A stretch of 63,567 bases of DNA, filler included, from Thraustochytrium aureum (GCA_012862495.1; 4 parts of 3 records of this genome joined end to end with filler, not necessarily neighbours in it); one strand, 5' to 3'. Shown: positions 47,501-60,036, counted from the whole stretch's first letter. The notes: generated by a model from the letters alone, not told the origin. Numbers and translations: made by a program.

Positions 47501-50500
47501 AACTTGGGCGCAAGCCACTGCTACGAGCGAACGGTTCTCGATGCGGTACATCGGGGGCTCGCTGCACTCGCTCACCTCAATCCGAACGGCCTTGCTCGGG
47601 TGCTCCTCGCTAATCTTGACACGCAGCAGGCCGCGACCCAGGTCGCCGGGCTTGCGCAAAAGCATGTCGAACTCGTCAAGCACGGAGGGGTCCAGTGGCC
47701 CCGTCCAGTACGTGCCGCCGAGGCCCGGCAGCTCGCGGCCCAGGCGCACGAACCGCGTCTCACGGTCCACGGCGCGGCACCGCCAAGCAAGCNNNNNNNN
47801 NNNNNNNNNNNNNNNNNNNNNNNNNNNNNNNNNNNNNNNNNNNNNNNNNNNNNNNNNNNNNNNNNNNNNNNNNNNNNNNNNNNNNNNNNNNNNNNNNNNN
47901 NNNNNNNNNNNNNNNNNNNNNNNNNNNNNNNNNNNNNNNNNNNNNNNNNNNNNNNNNNNNNNNNNNNNNNNNNNNNNNNNNNNNNNNNNNNNNNNNNNNN
48001 NNNNNNNNNNNNNNNNNNNNNNNNNNNNNNNNNNNNNNNNNNNNNNNNNNNNNNNNNNNNNNNNNNNNNNNNNNNNNNNNNNNNNNNNNNNNNNNNNNNN
48101 NNNNNNNNNNNNNNNNNNNNNNNNNNNNNNNNNNNNNNNNNNNNNNNNNNNNNNNNNNNNNNNNNNNNNNNNNNNNNNNNNNNNNNNNNNNNNNNNNNNN
48201 NNNNNNNNNNNNNNNNNNNNNNNNNNNNNNNNNNNNNNNNNNNNNNNNNNNNNNNNNNNNNNNNNNNNNNNNNNNNNNNNNNNNNNNNNNNNNNNNNNNN
48301 NNNNNNNNNNNNNNNNNNNNNNNNNNNNNNNNNNNNNNNNNNNNNNNNNNNNNNNNNNNNNNNNNNNNNNNNNNNNNNNNNNNNNNNNNNNNNNNNNNNN
48401 NNNNNNNNNNNNNNNNNNNNNNNNNNNNNNNNNNNNNNNNNNNNNNNNNNNNNNNNNNNNNNNNNNNNNNNNNNNNNNNNNNNNNNNNNNNNNNNNNNNN
48501 NNNNNNNNNNNNNNNNNNNNNNNNNNNNNNNNNNNNNNNNNNNNNNNNNNNNNNNNNNNNNNNNNNNNNNNNNNNNNNNNNNNNNNNNNNNNNNNNNNNN
48601 NNNNNNNNNNNNNNNNNNNNNNNNNNNNNNNNNNNNNNNNNNNNNNNNNNNNNNNNNNNACCCTAACCTGGATGGGGCAGACCAGCTCGTTGGTGATCCG
48701 CACGGGCTGTGCATTTCGATGGCTGCCGAATGCGTCGAGTAGCGTGTGCCCACTTGCGCTCGCTGAGTCGCGTCACTGGACCCCAACCTAGACACTTGGC
48801 CACTCAGACACCGTTCCAGTGCGGTGGCGCGGACCTGAAGGGCTGCCCAAGTCCCGGGCGCGACCTCGCAGAGGTTGCGCTCCGCAACGACGCCGACCGA
48901 CACAGCTCGCGCAAGATCCGCAGAGCAAACCTTTCGCGCTTGTGCGCAGACGTGGCCGAGCGAGACCTCGTGCCCAGTTCTCGCTCCACCCTCGCGGCCA
49001 GCGTACACGTGCAAGACGTGGCCCTCCGCATCTTGCAGCACTGGGACTGCGGCGACCGCGCCGGGGTCACACGATCCAAGGAGTAGAACGCCCCCCGACG
49101 GAGTCTTCAGCCGCATACCAAGCTCGAGGTCAGTGTGATTCTCCACGTGATACAGAGATCGCACCGCAAGCACTCGGCAACCCTCGACGACAGAAACCTC
49201 GACGGCAACCCTCGCCCCAAAGCTCTGCCCCGCAGCCAGCACTGGCGCGGCACCGGGGAACGCCCCTGCATCAGCTTGGATCGCGAATGCCACCGTGCCG
49301 CGCCGCGCGAGGGAGAGGCGCTCCAAGGGTTTCCAGCCTCCAAACAGCTGGACATGGATCTCGTCCGGCTTGCACGCCCACGAAAGAGCAGACTCTAACG
49401 AATTGAGCGGCGCCGTCTCGCCAGGCTCCACGTCGACGTTTGCGCCGCTGGAAGCCGACCGCACCGTGATCGTGGTCGCCAGTGTCGTTGTGGATTTTCG
49501 CGAGCGCATGCAGGCCACGCGAAGTGGCCAGGGCTCGGCCAGCCTTTCCCTGGAGCGAGGCTGCGNNNNNNNNNNNNNNNNNNNNNNNNNNNNNNNNNNN
49601 NNNNNNNNNNNNNNNNNNNNNNNNNNNNNNNNNNNNNNNNNNNNNNNNNNNNNNNNNNNNNNNNNNNNNNNNNNNNNNNNNNNNNNNNNNNNNNNNNNNN
49701 NNNNNNNNNNNNNNNNNNNNNNNNNNNNNNNNNNNNNNNNNNNNNNNNNNNNNNNNNNNNNNNNNNNNNNNNNNNNNNNNNNNNNNNNNNNNNNNNNNNN
49801 NNNNNNNNNNNNNNNNNNNNNNNNNNNNNNNNNNNNNNNNNNNNNNNNNNNNNNNNNNNNNNNNNNNNNNNNNNNNNNNNNNNNNNNNNNNNNNNNNNNN
49901 NNNNNNNNNNNNNNNNNNNNNNNNNNNNNNNNNNNNNNNNNNNNNNNNNNNNNNNNNNNNNNNNNNNNNNNNNNNNNNNNNNNNNNNNNNNNNNNNNNNN
50001 NNNNNNNNNNNNNNNNNNNNNNNNNNNNNNNNNNNNNNNNNNNNNNNNNNNNNNNNNNNNNNNNNNNNNNNNNNNNNNNNNNNNNNNNNNNNNNNNNNNN
50101 NNNNNNNNNNNNNNNNNNNNNNNNNNNNNNNNNNNNNNNNNNNNNNNNNNNNNNNNNNNNNNNNNNNNNNNNNNNNNNNNNNNNNNNNNNNNNNNNNNNN
50201 NNNNNNNNNNNNNNNNNNNNNNNNNNNNNNNNNNNNNNNNNNNNNNNNNNNNNNNNNNNNNNNNNNNNNNNNNNNNNNNNNNNNNNNNNNNNNNNNNNNN
50301 NNNNNNAAACGCCTCGACCGAGACGAGCTGGCCAACAAAAGGGCCACCTGCGCGCCCTTCATCCCCTTCGCCGGGGCCCTCGCTAGCCCCACCGCCAGCG
50401 TCATAGTCGCTGTGGCGCGCCCCACACTGTGTACAAGCGACTGTCGACGGGCGCTCGCGCTTGCCGAGCGGCTGGAGCGCAGAGCAGACGCGGCACGGCC

Positions 50501-53500
50501 ATGCGTGCTGGGCCACGGGTCTGTAAAGTAAAGGATCGCACGGCGCTTTCGCAACGCTATCGGGGCGGGAAAACCCGATGTCTTTCGGCCAACTTGCAGC
50601 GCGGATCGCGGTTTTCACCGCGTCTACATTGCCCAGGTTGCGGAGGTCAACGCCGTTCACAGAAACGACTACGTCCCCAACCCGCACCTGTCGCGTGACA
50701 AACTCTTCGCACTGCTTGCCGAAACCTCGCACCTCGAGCAGGCCAGGCTTGTCAGCATTGGGCCCCAGCTTGAGGCCTAGCGGCTCTGCCGCGAAACGGA
50801 CCGACTTTTCCTTGCCCGCACCTTCCGATTGCGGCCTGTCACTGGTCTCGGCCGAAAGGTCCGCTCCGCTGACCGCGTCGGCGACACCGCGAGCGATTCT
50901 TGACAGCGAGGCGACGTTGTCACAGCTGAGACTGCACGTCAGGTCGGACGTCTGCTCGATGCGGACTTGCTGCGTGAAGGCCGTGCCGTCTAACGGGACG
51001 TCCCAGGACACGTCGAAGGTGAAGGGGCGAACGATCGTTCGCTTCAGAAGCTCGCGCTCGCGACTCTCGTAGGCGGTACTTGTGTGGGCGTCTGCTGAGA
51101 GCAGCATGCTTTGCGTCATCGTCATCATCAGGTCCGTCATCGGCGAGTCCGCAGGGCCGTCCAGTGCGCTGCCCGCCTCGCTCTCCTTCAGCGGCCCACC
51201 CGTGTGGAGCAGTACAGAGGAATCGACGTGGACCGCGCCCGTGTCAAGCGCGCGCTCGCCGTCTCGAAACGTGCTCGTCGCTGAACCGACGAAAGAAATG
51301 GGACACTCAAGCCACGGCGCAGAGCTCAGGCTGGGCACCGTTCCGCTAGGCACAACGACTTGGAGACTGGATACCTCGACTTGAATGGTGACGTCTCGCT
51401 TCACGAGCGCGGTCGGAAGGTGCACAGGCTCAGAACAGCCCCGGTTGGACGCAATCTCCTTTTGCAGGTCGCGGACAAACCCAGCGAGAGACACGAGTCG
51501 GGCAGCAGCGACAAAGGCAACAGCGTTGTCCAGCGAGACGCCGACGTCAAGCTCACCTTCGCTTGGGTCGTGAGTCACCCTTGCGGCGAGTTGAGCCCTC
51601 TCACTTGGATCGCAGACGCTCGCAGGCGCCTCGCTGGCGCAGCACTTGCGCAGGTCTCCGAGTGAACCTAGCAAGATCTCCCCGTCCCAGATTAGGCACA
51701 CGCCATGCGCCGAGTAAGTGTTGTCGAAGAAAAAGTCCAGCACCTCCGGGACGAGCCTGGTCAGTGTCTCAGCGCGAACCCGCTCGAGGGTCACAGAGAG
51801 CGGCACGTCGCTGAAGGAGACTGTGAGGTCGCTCAAAGCGAGCGTGGACCGCTGCGGCCGCGATTTCGCTTCCAGCAGAGCGTGCCAGTAGCGAATCGCA
51901 CTGCCGGGCCGCCTTGGGACGTTTGGCGCTGCATCGCCCATGACGAGGGCATCGAAAAACGTGCCGTTGTTGAGCAGGTTGTTGTGAAGCGCATTTGCGA
52001 TGGTTGCGGCAGCCCTGACGTCGAGCTCGACTCGGATGCCGCTGACCGCGATTGAGGTGCCGCGAGCCTTGTCCGGATCGTTGGGGTCCAGGCAAGCCAG
52101 CCTTGCTTCAAAGTGCGGGTGAGCGAGAATGCGCACGGCCACTTGGTCTGCGGCATGCTGCACCTTGACGACGAGACCGACTACACTAACTGCGGCTTGG
52201 GCTGCGTCGGCGCAGGCGTCTGTGGGAGAGCTGTCGACGCTGGAAACCTCCAGAATCACGCACGGGAACGGCCGTCCCACTTGGGCCGGCGCACGAATGG
52301 TCACGGAACCTACCGTCAGCCAGACCTGCGTCGTGCTCGGCACCCTCCCGCCTCTGCGAGNNNNNNNNNNNNNNNNNNNNNNNNNNNNNNNNNNNNNNNN
52401 NNNNNNNNNNNNNNNNNNNNNNNNNNNNNNNNNNNNNNNNNNNNNNNNNNNNNNNNNNNNNNNNNNNNNNNNNNNNNNNNNNNNNNNNNNNNNNNNNNNN
52501 NNNNNNNNNNNNNNNNNNNNNNNNNNNNNNNNNNNNNNNNNNNNNNNNNNNNNNNNNNNNNNNNNNNNNNNNNNNNNNNNNNNNNNNNNNNNNNGGCTGC
52601 CAGAGCGTGCACGACATCGGAGCAAGATCCACCCTCAACGTGAGGTCTGCCTCGCCTGGTTGCAGGAGCGCAAGGCGAAGCGCGCCCACATGCGGCTGGA
52701 CAAGGCCTGCCACCGGAGCAACCAACGAGAAAGGCTCAGGCGCCACGCTGCCGTCATCCCAGTCGCGCTCGTCGCGGACCGTGAAGGACTCGATGGAGAG
52801 ACCCAGTTCACGCGAGCGCGGGGGCGTCGCGCAGGCTTCAAGTTGGATCGCCCGGGCCGTCGCGCTGGCGAAGGGCGTCCTTCCCTTGAAAAGTTTGACA
52901 AATACACCCGGGAGGAACACATGGACCGACCAAGGGCGGCCCACTGCTGGCGCCAGTGCTCGACCGTTGCGATGCTTTTGCGAGGTCGCTCGTGCCCCCT
53001 GCCCCGCCGTGCTTTGCAGCATGAGCGACATCGACGCAAGCTGGTCAGGCGCACCCGTGAACTCGAAAATGCGCGACGAAACTTTGGCGATGATTGTCGG
53101 GAACCAGCAGACCGAGACAGGACGATCGGCTGTGATGGACCACTCTCTTGCACGCGGGGAGCTCAGCGTGAGGGAACCTGTCTCCAAGAGTTTTGCCCCG
53201 CCTTCGTACGTCTCCATGCAAGTGATTCCTTGCAGCACCGCGCTCGCGCAGGCGAGCTCTGGGTGGCCCAGGTGCTTGCCCGAGGCTGCAAGCGCGCCAA
53301 GGGAGACCTCGAGGAGGGAGCTCTTCCGAGCGCGCTCAACAGGCCCGTCTGCTGTGACGAAACAAATGCTCAGGCCCGCGAGTTGTAGGCTCCAGGCCAC
53401 TTCGAGACGGTTGCCTTCGGGGCCGGCGAGCTGGATGCCCTGTGGCGCTGGGTTGAGCTGGGCGGCAGACTTTACGCTGGCAAGCGCATTGCGAGTGGCC

Positions 53501-55980
53501 ACAAGGCTAGCGCCAGCAGCCCAAATCGCTCGCGCAGAATGGGGAGAGGCGACGAGCTCCGATGCTTGCCCGGTGCGCTGCGCGGCGATTAAGACGGAAA
53601 CCTCCAACGCGGGGCCTGCCGGCTCGAACCGAGCCTTTCCATCAAGATCGAAAGGGCCACCAAAGCAGCATGTTGGCAAGGTGCGTCCATCCAGCTCAAA
53701 GGGCTCTGCGTCGTCGCCGCCAGTCTCGAGGGGCGCCAGAAGACGCACGCCGTGAAGGTGAACGGTGAAGGCGTGGGACCCGTCTTTCAGTCGCGTGGCT
53801 ATTCTGAGATGTCCGAGGTCGACGATGCATGCGATGCGACCTCCGCCGCGCGTGTGAGGGAAGGCCACGATGGGCGCCCCAAACCTAACGGAGACTATTG
53901 GCAGCGGGCGCTTGCTGGTGTCCGCGCGCCACACAGGCTCGCTGCCAACCTTCGATGCTGCCAGCACAGATTGCGCGGCCATGGCCAGGTGCCCAAGGCG
54001 CGCAATGGTTTGCTCGACCCAGAATACTTCGACGGGCTCCACAACTAGGGTGACGCTTGCTGGGTGCTCAGAGTTGGCGGCCTGCTCGAACGCGAAACGA
54101 ACTGGCGCGCTGCTGCTGAGGAACTGGTCTACTTTGGAGAACTCGCCCGTCTCCGAGGCGTCGAAAAATTCGTCCGCGTCGCGCTCGCGCGTGGTGCGGT
54201 CGTTGGCGTCCTCGCTCGCATCCGAGTTGTCCTCCTCGCCGCTGAAGAAAGCATCGCCAGCTTCGCCGGCGAAGGTTGGCTCCCTTTTGGGGACGGCAAG
54301 CTCGCGGCGGGGCTGAACAAGGAGCGGGTGGGCGGGCTCAGAGAGCTCGCCAGCCTCGCGGGCGGTTGGCGCAGCGACCTCGAATTTGTCGAGATGGAAG
54401 CGGAATTGCATTGCCTGCTTGGATGCCATGAGCGCGCTTGTCAGCCCCCCCCGGAGAGCACAGACCGCGAAGCCGTGCTCGTCGACGAGGTTGGCGGAAA
54501 AACGGGCATGCGGAGAAGAACAAGGCGAGTGGCGCTGGAAAGCTGCTCGTCGCTGCCACCTGCGCTCTCGCCCTGCTCGTGGCGGTTGCTGCCACTTGAT
54601 TCGCTCGGAGCCGGGGCGTCCTCTTTAGCGACGCTGTAGAGCCAGTCTCGCCAGGCGAAGGCTCCAGTAGGCTCTGCACGGGCGCTTGCGCTCGAAGCCG
54701 GGCTTGCTGCGTTTCTCCATTCGGCGAGCAGTTCGATGGGGCAGGTGAGCTCGACGTCTTGGGCCCAGGCCGTCTCGGTCGCGCTTGTCGAGACAGGCCC
54801 TCCGAGAACAAAGCTCATGAAGCGCGCCCGGTCGAGCTTCCTTCGCGCGGCTCTGCGCGCCGAGTGCCAGCGGCGATGGACAGCGACTTGCTGGCGAACC
54901 TCCTCAAAGGCACGGCGCAGGCGCGCGCGAGGCGGCAGAGAGGCTGCGGCTTCGAACCGCAAAGCCCTGTCCATCCGAGAGACCCAAGCTTCAAAATCCA
55001 GCGCGCAGGACGCAAAGGAGTGAAGCGATTGAATGAGATCGACGGAGACGTCGTCGATGCTAAGAGCGCCGCTGTGCACGTTGATTTCGTGCGAGAGGTT
55101 GTCAGGGTCAAGGAAGAGGTCCACGCTCAGTGTAAAGGGCGCGAGTACAGGCTTCCCGAGCCCAAGGTCGGCAGCGTCCTCGACAACGTGGAGCGAGAGC
55201 CCTTCGAGGTCGGCAGTCTTGCGGACGAGTTTGCCGCGGTTTGCCGTGGCGAGTAGCTCCGACTCGCGCGCGTCCGATCCGTAGTTGTCTCTGAGGCTGA
55301 CGCTGTCCGCCCTCAAAATGACAGCGCCGTGTGCTGCGCCAGCCAGCGCGCGAGGGTCGGCAAATCGAACGAAGGTGTTGCGGACCACGAGCTTGGCGGA
55401 GCTGAACAACTTTGTGACGAAGCGGCCAAGCCATGATTGCTTGGTGCCAGACGTTGCGCGCTCGCCCGGTTGGAGGAGGGCCGCTGCGGCGCGGACGGCC
55501 CGCTCCACCTGCTGTCGCCGAAACGCCAGCAGAGCATGTCTTGCAGCCTCCGCGTCCCATCGGCCGGACTCGTCCACGTGATGCTCGATTTCAACGTGCA
55601 GGCCCTGCACGACGAGCTCAGCAAGCGACTGCAGCTGCGACCAGCTCCAGTCGAGGCGCAGCTCGAGCAGTTCGATGTGCGCGCTGCGGACGCGAAAGGG
55701 CAGCGCAAGCTTGTCCCAGGCCGAGGCTTTAATCCTCACATGCTTGAGCACGCATTTGCCCTGCCTCAGGTCGACGTGCACCGAGCGCTCCTCAACGTCC
55801 TCCAAGTACCTGCGAGCGAGCGTCCAAGCACGCGTGGTCGAGTCGTTAGTCGCGAGGCCACTTCCGCCGCCATCCCACCAGGTCGAGACGCCCCGGTTTC
55901 ACGAGCCTCGAGGCGACGGAGAGGCCGGCCGAAGCCAAAGCTTACCTGTTCAGCACGTCTGAGATCGCCCTGTGCAGCAT
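44509..55980 (-). CDS. VPS13: VPS13-family bridge-like lipid transfer protein (exon 1 55980-55946); many gaps and frame breaks; region 3' of 45622 uncertain
   Basis: Chorein N-terminus MLHRAISDVLNR|YLEDVEERSVHVDLRQGKCVLKHVRIK, FFAT motif EFFDASE (54151-54171), VAB-type repeats (AVRSLYHVENHTDLEL; PPMYRIENRS; AFGWEE), VQVDDA, ATG2_C-like GVTEGVTGLVTEPFRGARASGPAGFVGGIGRGVVGAAIKPMVGVLD; internal PDZ domain. Confidence 0.9.
55810..55945 (-). other. Spliceosomal intron (136 nt) in VPS13
   Basis: GTAAGC donor, ACTAAC branch and GCAG acceptor; restores LNR|YLED. Confidence 0.88.
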
Positions 55981-57738
55981 CACCGCGCCCCGCACTGCAC
56001 GATGCTGGACTGACGGGCCCTGCTGTCGCTCTCCGCGTTCCTTCTTTGCGTCGTGGCCAAGTCCCCGCAAAAAAACCTAGGAATCGAGATTTGAGCCCAG
56101 CAGCACCAACTCCACGCACGGCCCGAGCGGTGCGGGCAGGCCGCTGTGCAGCGCCCGTGCGCGGGAGGACTGCGCATCGCCATGGCAAGAACGCCAGGTG
56201 CCTCTGAGCGCGACGAGCGCGGCGGGAGGCGAAATGCAACGGGAACTCCCCTATTTTGCGATACTGGACTCAGCCCTGGCGTGCAACGCCTGAACGGGGC
56301 AGTCCAAGGCGGGCCCGGGCGTCGTTTATCATACCGGGAGCGCCAAGTGTCGATTGCGCCACCGCCCTCGCGCCGTCGACCACGCGGAACCCGACTGGGC
56401 GGAGCGCTCGCGCGACCGAGGAGCTGAGTTAGCAGGCTCCGCTCCTCCCTCTGAAGGAGAAGCTCGCAAGAGCGCCGGAGGGCGCACGAGAAGCGGCTGG
56501 CCCTGCTCCGCTCATCCTGCAGCCCTCGCGACGCAGAAATTCGAAACAGCCTTGCCGATCGGCAACGGCCTTGGGGATTCGGTTTGGGAACGCCTTCTCG
56601 GGAGCGAGGAGCGAGCGCTCCCGTGCTGGACGCGAAGTCGCCGGCGGCTTGCATCTGTCGTTGCGTACCTAGGTATCTGACACTGTCGGCTTGGTTGATT
56701 TGTTGACTTGTTGACCAAGATGCGAGCAACAGACGCAGACCTTGAGCGCGAAGCGGCAGTGCTAGTAGGCGCTGCTCCCGAGCGAGCGCCTCACGGGGTC
56801 TCCTTCCTGCGCGAGCGGGCAAGGCTAAGGTCGTCGCGGCTGGAAGATTGTTCGGGACCACGGAGGGCTGCAGTTGCACCACGTCGAGTGCCGGCCGAAA
56901 GATCGAGTGCCGGCCGAAAAGAAGGCGAGCGCCAAGGTCCGAAGTCGCGCGACGCCGTCGCCCAATTCTAGTGGCCCTGCCAAGCGTCTCCCGCACGAGG
57001 GTCGACGAGACGGACGTCCGAGTAGGTCCATGGGGCGCGAGTAGGTCCATGGGGCGCGATGCCCAGCAGTCCGAGTCCGGATGCCGCCATCAGCGAGGCC
57101 CCGACACGGCCCGTCACCGGGTGTCCTTCGTCACGTCCCTCGCCCGCTGAAGAGTCAGCCTGCGCACCTTCCTTCTCCTGCCAGCAGATTGCCGTGAGAG
57201 CGGCTCCTGGGCGCCCATCACGTGCAGGCAGGGCGGCACGTGTTCGTAGTCAAGAGCAGGCGCATTGTTTGATTTGTACTGAGAGAGCACCGACCTCGCG
57301 GGTTCAAGCTTGATCGATGCGGAAAGAGCGACGTTGGTCCGAGAGGGCTTGGTTGTGCACGGACTCCGCACAGGACTGGTTTGCACTGTCCAACGCTGTC
57401 TGTCTCAAACCTCACTCGAGACTCTGCGAATGCCTGTTCTTCTTGCGCAAGAGAGGTCAACGCAGCACACATCTTCCAGCACTTCCATCTTCTGTCAAAG
57501 TTGAGGCAGGCAGGCAGGCGTTCGAGCGGCGCGCTGGACAGTGCAGACTCGCACGAGCGCTGCGCAGGCCGAGGACCTGGCGCGCGGGAGCAGCAGGGCG
57601 CTGGCGCGGTTCCGCCGAGGTTGAGGCGCCCCTTTGCTGGCCCGGGCGGCGGCGCGCCTGAGGAGGAGGGAGAGGGAGTGGGCGCGGCCGCTGGGCGGCG
57701 GAGCTGGCTGAGCTGGCTGAGCTGGCTGAGCTGGCAGG

Positions 57739-58783
57739 ATGAGCTTCTCGTACACGGTGCAGAACAGCAGCCTGCCCCTGAGGGAATGGATCAGGCTGAC
57801 GGATGAGGACCCCATGCTGGTTTCAATTAGCGAGCCGCGGAAGGAGAGCAAGGGGTTCATGAAGACCTCGGTGCTGTACGGGGTGCGCACGACGTCGCGC
57901 ACAGGGAGCAACCTCGTGGAGCGCAGCTACAAGGATTTTGTGGCGTTCCGCACGGTGCTGCAGAAGCGGTTCCCCGGGGCCTGCATTCCTGCCCTGCCCG
58001 CCGCACAGACGATCAACTCCAAGACCGAGCAGTTTGTGAGCAAGCGGATGCACATGCTCGAGTTTTTCATGCAAGCCGTGGCGGAAAACCCGTTCTTCCG
58101 CAGCGACGACGCATGGGAGCAGTTCGTGGCAGGGCGCGACAGGTTTAACCGCGCGATCGCCGAGGGAAACGTGGCCGTCGACACCGCGCGCAGCGAGGGC
58201 TTCAACCGGTGGAGACAGAGCCTGGACGAGTCGCAAGTGAAGAACTCCCAGTCCCTGTGCGAGTCGATCTCGCGCGAGCTCGAGCTGGTGCGCACGCAGC
58301 TCAAGGGTCTGAGAAAGGCCGCCTTGCACCAGGTGGAAAAGGTCCAGGCCCTCGCTGGGAGCTCGCTCGAGCTGTACCAGGCCTTTGCGGACTTGTACGT
58401 GCTTGAGCGGGACTCGATCCAGTTCGTGGCCGGGTCGGCGCAGGTCCCCGCAGCGGCGGCGGCCTCAAGCAAGCCGGCCAAGCTGAGCGACGTCCTGCTG
58501 GAGCTGGCGGACCAGACGAGCCAGTACGCGGCCGTCCTGCGGTCCGACGTCTACTCGGGCCACTCTCTGGAGGTGACCCTCGTCGACCCGATCACCTTTG
58601 AGATCGGCCTTGCGGAGATGTGGAAGGAGAACGTGGACGGCGTGACGAGCAAGCTCAAGGTGCACCGCAAGGCCGCTGCGCTAGTGAGCGCGATCGAGCA
58701 AGAGCTGGTCGCCATCGACGACCGCATCCGCCTGACGGGGACCCAAGGGCAAGCTCGCCCGCTCGCGCGAAGTCATGGAGGGC
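57739..58783 (+). CDS. Sorting nexin (PX domain + probable BAR domain); truncated at scaffold end
   Basis: VSISEP..VLYGVRT..VERSYKDFVAFRTVLQKRFPGACIPALP..FVSKRMHMLEFFMQAVAENPFFRSDDAWEQFV is a PX domain, followed by long helices. Confidence 0.85.
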
Positions 58784-58883
58784 NNNNNNNNNNNNNNNNN
58801 NNNNNNNNNNNNNNNNNNNNNNNNNNNTTAATTAATTAANNNNNNNNNNNNNNNNNNNNNNNNNNNNNNNNNNNNNNNNNNNN
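58784..58883. other. Artificial scaffold-join spacer
   Basis: N-TTAATTAATTAA-N at 58828-58839. Confidence 0.95.
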
Positions 58884-58902
58884 GGACGATCCCAGCGGGC
58901 TG

Positions 58903-59835
58903 ATGCCGCTGATGCTGCGAGCCCTGGCCCTCGGCCTCGGCCTCGTCCTGCTCCTTGCCTACTTGCAAGAGCGCGAGGCGCTGGCCACCCGAGCCTCGCG
59001 CGCCCCGCCTCCGCCGGTCCTGGTTGATCACTATGCCGTGCTCGGGGTGGGCCGCGGCGCGTCGCTGCAGGACATAAACCATGCGTTTCGGAGACTCTCG
59101 CGGAGTGTCCACCCGGACAGCTGCCAACTCGGGCGCGAAGAATGCACCGCGGAGTTTCAGCGCCTGCACGACGCAGTCGCCACGCTCCGCGATCGGCGCA
59201 AGCGGCGCAGGCTTGACGACGCGCTGCCGCCCACTTGGGCCGAACTTGGCCCCGTGGTCACCGGTCTCGTGCTGGCGGTCTCGCTGGCGTGCTCGTGCTT
59301 CGGCTCGCCGCTGCCGCGCCCAGCTGCGCCGCAGCAAGAGGCCGAGGCTGGGGACCGCCGCAAGCTCGAAAAGCAAGAGCGCCTCCTTCGGGCTCGGCAA
59401 CGTCGCTTCGTGGAGGCGGTTCGCCGCCGCGCCACGCTGAGGATCCAGCGGGCGTGGTTTGAGCGCCGCGCTCCCAACGTCTACCAGGGCGGGCTTTGTG
59501 CGACGCGCGGCGGGATTTGGGACCCCGCCGCGGCCGAAAAGACCTCTAACGGGCAGGATGGAGGGCAGGGCGCTGGCAGCGTCCTTGTCAAGTTTTTGTT
59601 CCGGCTCGTGCTTGCCAGTGCCGCAGCGCAGACGCTCAAGTTGACTGCCCAGGCGTGGTGGGGGCACGTATTTTCCCCTCTGACCCACGTTGTCTCTATT
59701 TGCCCAAGCTCGCTGACCCACGCTGTCTCTATCTGCCCAAGCTTGCTGACCCACGTTGCCTCTATTTGCCCGGAGCTCGGCGACCGCGGGCGCACAAGGC
59801 TTGGTTGGTTCCAGCACAGAGCGCGCTCAGCGTGA
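58903..59835 (+). CDS. Membrane-anchored J-domain (DnaJ) protein; start uncertain
   Basis: N-terminal hydrophobic segment, DHYAVLGVGRGASLQDINHAFRRLSRSVHPD...EFQRLHDAVATLRD (HPD motif), second TM segment. Confidence 0.8.
   Translation: MPLMLRALALGLGLVLLLAYLQEREALATRASRAPPPPVLVDHYAVLGVGRGASLQDINHAFRRLSRSVHPDSCQLGREECTAEFQRLHDAVATLRDRRKRRRLDDALPPTWAELGPVVTGLVLAVSLACSCFGSPLPRPAAPQQEAEAGDRRKLEKQERLLRARQRRFVEAVRRRATLRIQRAWFERRAPNVYQGGLCATRGGIWDPAAAEKTSNGQDGGQGAGSVLVKFLFRLVLASAAAQTLKLTAQAWWGHVFSPLTHVVSICPSSLTHAVSICPSLLTHVASICPELGDRGRTRLGWFQHRARSA
59680..59778. repeat. 33-bp tandem repeat x3 (LTHxxSICPxx) in the J-protein C-terminus
   Basis: CTGACCCACG(T/C)TG(T/C)CTCTAT(T/C)TGCCC... present three times. 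Confidence 0.85.
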
Positions 59836-60036
59836 CCCGAGAATTTGACCTGAGACTGGTCGGTGGCACCGAAAACATCCAGTGAAACCAAAATCAAGTG
59901 AAATGGAACGAAACGGAATGGAATGAACTCGGCTATGGAACGGAACGGAGTGGAATGAATGAACTGGGTTGTGGTGTCGCTCCCCCTACCTGCCTCCTTC
60001 GGAGTCCTTCCCGAGATGGCCCCCATGACTTCGCCG

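Noticed and set aside
480..52594. Long ORFs spanning N gaps in the ORF track
   Set aside because: Open only because Ns contain no stops; they are not evidence of coding sequence.
56000..57500. Additional minus-strand gene between VPS13 and the sorting nexin, including a 19-bp exact tandem duplication at 57019-57056
   Set aside because: Fragmentary ORFs without recognisable homology; cannot be supported without expression data.
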